Both the position numbers and the translations under genes were made by a program. 64,000 nt of DNA, taken from assembly GCA_951406725.2 (NCBI GenBank), contig OX597821.1, positions 105,400,001-105,464,000 on the forward strand. Reading direction: 5' to 3'. Below, piece after piece: positions 57,631 to 64,000 of this stretch (positions within the stretch are counted from its first letter, which is position 1; every line of letters starts with the position of its first letter). This DNA is from Octopus vulgaris. Its lineage: Eukaryota. Under the pieces are notes generated by a model. That model was not told the origin of the DNA, did not search any database, and worked only from the letters and a program-made list of their open reading frames with translations.

Positions 57631-57770
57631 CTGCCGTTACCGAAATCGCAATATAGTAGGTATATACATACATACATATTTATATATAAATATATATATA
57701 TATGTTTATATATATATACATATACATATACAAGTATATGTATTTGTGAAGGGAGCTGACTTCTCGTCGA

Positions 57771-57840
57771 CAACCATGATTGTCACACGCTGATGAAAGG
57801 TAAACATCTTGAAACTCGGGTCCGTGTGTATCATGAGTTG
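57771..57840 (+). ncRNA. Canonical type I hammerhead ribozyme (predicted cleavage after C57822)
   Basis: caac-catgat-tgt-cacacg-CTGATGA-aaggt[aaac]atctt-GAAA-ctcggg-TC-cgtgtg-t-atcatg-a-gttg: all core nucleotides intact, extended bulged helix I. Confidence 0.85.
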
Positions 57841-57999
57841 AAGACGGGGAGGATGACTCCCCTTCACAAATACTGAGAGGACACAGATAGTGTGTCTATA
57901 GCCAGCTGGAGGAGATATATTCCTGGGGCTACAAACTACAGTAGCATCCACCCTTAGGGGTTATCCATATTCAGATGGCAAATATGCGTCACGATATAC

Positions 58000-58043
<44 letters not shown>

Positions 58044-58051
58044 GTATATAT

Positions 58052-58384
58052 ATAATTTACAAGATAAGGGCAAAAGAAAAATTCTATTGCCAAATATGCC
58101 GAAAAAAAGAGGATAATTGTCAATAAAGCATTATAATTTATGCGTCTCAAAACAAACCGATAGAAATCTCTAAAAAATTCGTTAATACCGTATTGGTCCA
58201 ATTTCGGGGAAAATTTCTTACGAATTAGCCCCGAAATAGGACCAATACGGTAATAACGAATTTTTTAGAGATTTCTATCGGTTTGTTTCGAGACGCATAA
58301 ATTATAATGTTTATTTACAATTATTGTTTTTTTGTCGGGATATTTGGCAATAGAATTTTTATTTTGCCCTTATCTTTAAATTAT
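58052..58384. repeat. ~330-bp imperfect palindrome between (TA)n tracts
   Basis: aagataagggcaaaa...ccgtattggtccaatttcgggg / ccccgaaataggaccaatacgg...ttttgcccttatctt. Confidence 0.9.
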
Positions 58385-58469
58385 TTATAAATTTAAACTT
58401 TAAAGGTATTTTTTGATATGCTGGCCGTTGATAAAATTGTTTTCCCGATAATATTTTATCCTACATTAG

Positions 58470-58508
<39 letters not shown>

Positions 58509-58531
58509 TAGATATATATATGTATACATAT

Positions 58532-58565
<34 letters not shown>

Positions 58566-58588
58566 ATACATTTACATACATATATATA

Positions 58589-58661
<73 letters not shown>

Positions 58662-58748
58662 AAGGGTGAAAAGGAACACACGAGTTGATATATATGAAAA
58701 AACAAGTCAAAAATAGAAAATGCTAAAATAATTTTATAGTGAACATTT

Positions 58749-58786
58749 CAGTACCGGTTTCGGTCATTTTGAGACCTTTTCAACTG
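58749..58786 (-). ncRNA. Minimal type I hammerhead motif, U3:A8 core, in the PLE 3' terminal repeat
   Basis: Minus strand cag-TTGAAAA-ggtc[tcaaaat]gacc-GAAA-ccgg-TA-ctg. Confidence 0.75.
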
Positions 58787-59535
58787 TAACGATTAAATAA
58801 TTAAATTTAGAAAAATTAGAAGAAAAGGTTTTTTTAAAGGAATATTTCTATAGTAGTGTTCAGATTTAAGTGGCATTCTGCCTTTCTCTGACTCCCTTGT
58901 TTGCACTTGTATGTTGGAGGTCGTTGTGAGTCCTTGGTAGGGTAGTAGAGGAAGAAGGCTGGTGATGAAAGGGGGTGGGAGAATCTGGGAGTGCCCTGAT
59001 GGTCGTATTTTGAATGGTCAGTGGCGGCTGGCAGTCGCAGTTCAATTCAGGAGAATATTTATATTGGAAGGCTTGTTTATAGAATTTGCGTAGGTGTTTA
59101 TACTAAAAAACGTTAGTGACAAAGTTAAGGGGTAGGAGGTGGAGAAGTAGTAGAAGAAGAAGAAGAAGAAGAAGAAGAAGAAGAAGAAGAAGAAGAAGAA
59201 GAAGAAGAAGAAGAAGATGACGATGTTGATGATGATGAGAAGAAGAAGAAGAAGAAGAAGAAGAAGGAGAAGGAGAAGATGACGATGATGGTGATGGTGG
59301 TGATGATTATGACGACGATGATGATGATAATGATGATGATGAAGAAGAAGAAGAGGAAGCAGAAGAAAAAAACAGAGAAGGGAGAATATGAATGGGTTAA
59401 AGTAGTGAGGTGTTGTATGACTTGAAGTTGGTATGTTATGGATTATAGCCGTGATTTTAGCTGTGATTAGTAATGGATTCTTTGGAATGTAATATTTGTG
59501 TGTGAATATTTCTTTTATTCTAAAGTTGAGGTATA

Positions 59536-61859
59536 TTAATTGTTTGTCGTAGACCCGTTAAGAAGTGGCCTGTATTTTGCAATAAAGAGAGTTTCTTTAC
59601 TTATTCGTTGTCTCGAGGTTGTATCGTCCCTAAATTGGTAGAGGGGAAAATCCTGAAGCTTGGTGTTTTTTGTTGGCGCAAGTATCTATGTGTTGGCTAA
59701 AAGCTATTTTTCTGTTTTGGGGAATTTTTATCTGGGATCTGTGCAGGGCCATTCGTTTACGCAAACTATTTTTTGTTTGGCCTATGTACTGCTCTTGACA
59801 CCCGGAGCAGGTTAGTGAGTATATTAGGTTCTCCGAAGCACATGTGAAGTTGCTTTTCACTGTAAACCGTTGTCCCTGTTTGAAGGAGAACTCTGATCCC
59901 TCAATTAGATAGTCGCATATCCCGCAATTGGGTCTTCCACATTTTTTTTACTGTCGGCTTCTGTGTTGAAGAGTGAATTCGGGCTTGTGTTAGGAGACTT
60001 TTCATGGATTTAGGCTGTCTCTTGCTTTTTATGATCGTGTGTGTTTGGAGGATTGTGTTCATTCTGTGGTCTTTTTTTAGGAGGGGTATGTTGTGGAGGA
60101 TGGTGCCGAAGGCTTCGTTATTGAGAGGGTTGTGTGTGGAGATGTATGGTAAGGCTTTTGGTTGTAAGTTTTTCTTTGATTTGGGATGTCTCAGTTCCTT
60201 GATGTTAAGTTGAATTGCACTTGTCAATTGATGTGTTGAATTGATGTGTTGAATGCACTTGTCAATAAGTGAAGGTGGATAGTTCCTGGTGATAAGGGTA
60301 TCTTTTAGTTCTTGTAGTCGTGTCTCTCTGGTGTTTGTGTTCGAGACTATAGTGCATATCATTTTTGCTAGGCTGAAGGGGATATTCATCCTGGTGTGTC
60401 TGGGGTGGCATGAATTGAATGGAAGATATTGCTTTGAGTCTGTAGGCTTATAATATATGTCTGTTTCTATTATATTATTAGCTTTCTTAATGAGGATATC
60501 GAGGAAGGGGAGTTGTTGCTTGCTATATTCCATCGTGAATTGGATGTTTACGTCCAGTCCGTTTAAAATTTCCTGGAATTCTATGAGTTTTTCTATATTT
60601 TTATGCCAAAGGATGAAACAGTCATCTAGATATCTCTTCCAGTTGTTTTCTATGTAGATGGAGAAAGGGCTGCCATATCTTTCTAGAACCTTACGATACA
60701 GACTGATCTCTAGATATCCTATGACTAGGTTGGCAAAGGAGGGGGCCATTCGTGTACCCATCGCAGTCCCCGATTTTTGTCGGTAGAAGTTGTCATTGAA
60801 GGCGAAGAAGTTATTTTCCAGGATGAATTTAACCCCTTCTATCACGAATCCTTTTTTGATGCGATGTGGTAGTTCGTTGGCGTGATTTTCTAGCCAGAAT
60901 TGGATTGCCTCTAGTCCTAGGTTGTGGGGGATATTGGAGTAGAGGTTGACTACATCGAAGGATACCAGTATGGTGTTTTTGTTTATAGTATTCGGTAGGT
61001 GATTGAGCATATCTAAGTCGTCCCTTATATAGCTTTTGACATGTTTTAGGAGTGGTTTTAACAGGGTGTCTAAAAAGTTACTGAGGCGGTGGGTTTCGCA
61101 TGCGGGACCTGCTATTATGGGTCTCAATTTGAGGTCATTAGGATTAGGGACTTTAATTATTTTGTCTGTAGCTATCTTGCATGCGTTGCTTATTTTCTCA
61201 CTTTTGTGGATCTTAGGTATACCGTAGAATTGGCTGGTTTTGCTTGTGAAATTGGTCATATAATCATATTCTTTGTCGGTGAGCCCTGCTTTGTATGGGT
61301 TTAATATGGATTTTAGTTCCCTCATTATTTTTTGTTGACTGTAGTTTTGTGCCTTTTCATAGTATGTTGTGTCTTCCAGCATAGAAAGTACCAAAGTTAT
61401 GTAAAATGTCGTATCCATTAAGACAACAACACTCCCTTTATCGGCCTCTTTGATTGTTATTGTTTTATCTAGTTTTAATTTGTTCAACTCAGCCCATTCT
61501 TTTTTGCTGAAGTTTGGTTTGTGTTTTTGTTTGTGCATATGTTGATATGGGTAATTTGATATGTGGTCACAGAAATCATCAAGTGTTTTGTTCTTACCTT
61601 TAGAGGGGGTGTAGTTACTCCTATTTCTGGCTAACGATTCGTCCTCGTTGTATTTATCGTATAGCTCCTCAGTAAGTCTTAATTGTCTGCAGAATTCTGC
61701 GATGTCTTCTTTCATTTCATTGTAGTTGGGGTGTTGTGGGGTGAGTGTAAACTTGAGTCCTTTGGAAAGTATGTTTATTTGGTTTGCTGTTAGTTCCTTG
61801 TGAGTTAGATTAATAATTTTTATTACTTTTGGTTCCTCCTGCTTGTTTGGTGCTATCTT
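59536..61859 (-). CDS. PLE polyprotein: RT, CX4CX2C linker, GIY-YIG endonuclease with CCHH motif; three single-base frameshifts near the 3' end
   Basis: LSKGLKF (in frame upstream of the listed ATG), IKEADKG, FYGIPKIHK, LRPII, SFDVVNLYSNIP, GTAMG, RYLDD, LPFLD; after a shift CGRPNCGIC...NLIYSLTCSGCQEQYIGQT...RMALH...SQH. Confidence 0.93.
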
Positions 61860-62929
61860 ATATATATATGAAAAAAGGTTTGAATAAAAGCAATTTTACA
61901 GATGTATCTTTATAATTGCATTTTCTAACCTTCTTTCAAATATATTTCTGCTCGTGAGATACCTTACAACTTCACTTTGTCATATATATATATAAATAAA
62001 TAAATTCCCGTCGAAATGTGATTGCGATAATTAGAAACTGTCGACGGTCTTACGATGTCTACTTGTAAGCATGTAGGCGTCGAAAACAGTTATAGACGCC
62101 CATATACTTATGTTATCTGCATGTCTTAATTATATATGGAAAAAACCGAATGTGGGAGAAACATGAGAGCAGTAATTCTCTGCTTCAACCGTGCTCAGGA
62201 ATATATCTTGATTTGTTTTTTATATAGCAAATCCTTATTAATATATTCCATTATTAGACTAAACAGGGCAAAGAAAATAGTCTTATCATGACTTAGGAGA
62301 TAGTGTGACGAAATGTAATCTCTGCAAGCGAGTAAATATGTAATGAAATTAAGGATTTTAACAAAAGAATACAAGATTGGGACCTCGCGATGTAGCAGAG
62401 ATACGTGTTATATATATATATATTGGTAAAGTAATATTAAAATTGTTGAGAAGTAGAAAGTAATTAATAAAATTGCATGAGTGTACTGTGGTATTCGATT
62501 GAATGACAGATTTTACGTTAGAAAAGTGTGTAGAAATATTACAAATATGTCTATAAATGTGTGTATTCATGAAAGTAGTAGGGTTGCTTAAAGAAGAAAC
62601 GACTACGCACAGACGCATACGCGCACAAACACACACACATGCGCATACACGTATGCAAATACATACAAGAGAAGCAAAAACTGAATTTCATTACAACTGA
62701 AATTGCTTAAAAGGACATTAACTACACTAACTGTCGCAGATATCTTCATTCACAGATGTTCATATATATGGTTATTTATACGCATAATATACATATATAC
62801 ATATATTATACATAAATACATACACACAAGCATATATTCATATCCTTAAATCCTTAAATCCTTAAAAATGTTTCAACCCGAAGTCTGCGGCCATGCTGGG
62901 GCACCACCGTTAAATGAGCTACGCTAGTA

Positions 62930-63440
62930 TGTGAAACCACCTCTGATACGTGGCACTTGATCAGCAAAGGAGTTCGATGCCGCTGCCGGCATCTGTGTTT
63001 CTTGTCAAGAGGTAGGTTCATCTGGAACCCCTGACAAGAAGAGATCGAGTTTAGTTTTAAAGAAACCCACATCCGCAACACGCAGGTCTCTCAGGCATTT
63101 AGAAAGGATATTGAAGAGCTGTGGTTCTCTGAAATCCAAGCTGTTGCAGTATCTGTCCTGTATTTTGATGGTGATTTTGGAATCTTTGGCAGCATGCAGT
63201 GGCGCCCCGTTCTGCTGTTGGGGTAACTTTGAATGCCAAAGTTTGGGGCAAGACCATCCAGGATTTTCCAGATGTATATCACTGCATATCTCTCCCGTCT
63301 TCGCTCTAGGGAGAAGAGTTTTAATACTTTCAGTCTTTCCCAGTAGCTGGTACGTTGCATTGAGACGATCTTTTTAGTGTAGCTTCGTTGAATTGCGTCG
63401 AGTTCTGCTGTTAACTTTATATTGTGTGGTGACCATAGTT
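62930..63440 (-). mobile_element. CR1/L2-group LINE 3' fragment
   Basis: QLWSPHNIKLTAELDAIQRSYTKKI...SYWERLKVLKLFSLERRRERYAVIYIWKILDGL. Confidence 0.85.
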
Positions 63441-63469
63441 GATATATATATATATATATATATGTATAT

Positions 63470-63760
63470 AGGCACAGGCGTGGCTGTGTGTTAAGAAGCT
63501 TGGTTCCGGGTTCATTCCCGCTGCGTTGAACCTCCGAGACTGCGTCTTCTGCTATAGTCTCGACCATAGCCTTTTGAGTGGATTTGTTGGACGGAAACTG
63601 ACAGAAGACCGTCGTATATGTATATATGAGCGATGCTGTGGCGTTTATGTCCCCGTAACATAGCAGTTCGGCAAAATAGACTGATAGAATAAGAACTAGG
63701 CTTACAAAGGATGAGTCCTGGGGTCGGTTTGTTCGACTAAAGGTGGTGCTACTGCATAAG
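63470..63760 (+). mobile_element. SINE family B, degenerate
   Basis: ggcacaggcgtggctgtgtg...gacggaaactgacagaagaccgtcg...ttcggcaaaatagactgatagaataag. Confidence 0.85.
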
Positions 63761-63774
63761 GACTAGACAACCAT

Positions 63775-63827
<53 letters not shown>

Positions 63828-64000
63828 GAAATGAAGAAAATGCTGACAAAATAATTTAAGTAAGGGAGAGTGTATTTAATTAGGTGAAAGTTCTTTTTAC
63901 CGGTTGCGCATCTGTTATGCTTATGAAAAGATGTTTTGAGTTCCTTTCTCATTGATTTTTTTTCTTTTATCTGATAAGAGAAAAAAATCAATCAGAAAGG

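Larger units (their letters stand above)
58660..61860 (-). mobile_element. Near-complete Penelope-like retroelement (Naiad-type), 5'-truncated, inserted in (TA)n
   Basis: RT and GIY-YIG ORF, 3' UTR with (CTT/CAT)n at 59150-59360, terminal hammerhead, TA repeats at both ends. Confidence 0.95.

Noticed and set aside
59630-59945. Selenocysteine (UGA) recoding, as known for some Naiad PLEs
   Set aside because: All conserved linker and CCHH cysteines are TGT/TGC codons, and the ORF break is a frameshift, not an in-frame UGA
62047-62097. Possible 5' terminal-repeat hammerhead of the large PLE
   Set aside because: Core is unrecognisable, it lies on the opposite strand, and it is not homologous to the 58749-58786 motif; at most a decayed separate repeat

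Overview
AT-rich, microsatellite-saturated eukaryotic DNA with no confidently identifiable host gene. The SINE families and (TA)n/(CATA)n/(GATA)n density suggest an octopus (cephalopod) genome; this is an inference. The window holds tRNA-derived SINEs, decayed RTE- and CR1-type LINEs, an ORF1-only gag-knuckle element, Tc1/mariner remnants and many Penelope-like element (PLE) pieces. One PLE at ~58660-61860 (-) is near-complete, with RT, a Cys-rich linker and a CCHH-type GIY-YIG endonuclease (Naiad-type). The most interesting signal is RNA-level. At least 10 type I hammerhead ribozyme (HHR) motifs lie in PLE terminal repeats and (TA)n-flanked palindromes. Their cores read CUGAnGA, UUGAnAA and GUGAACA, i.e. 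C3:G8, U3:A8 and G3:C8, which all keep the 3-8 Watson-Crick tertiary pair. All structures were folded by eye, and coordinates of degenerate elements are approximate.
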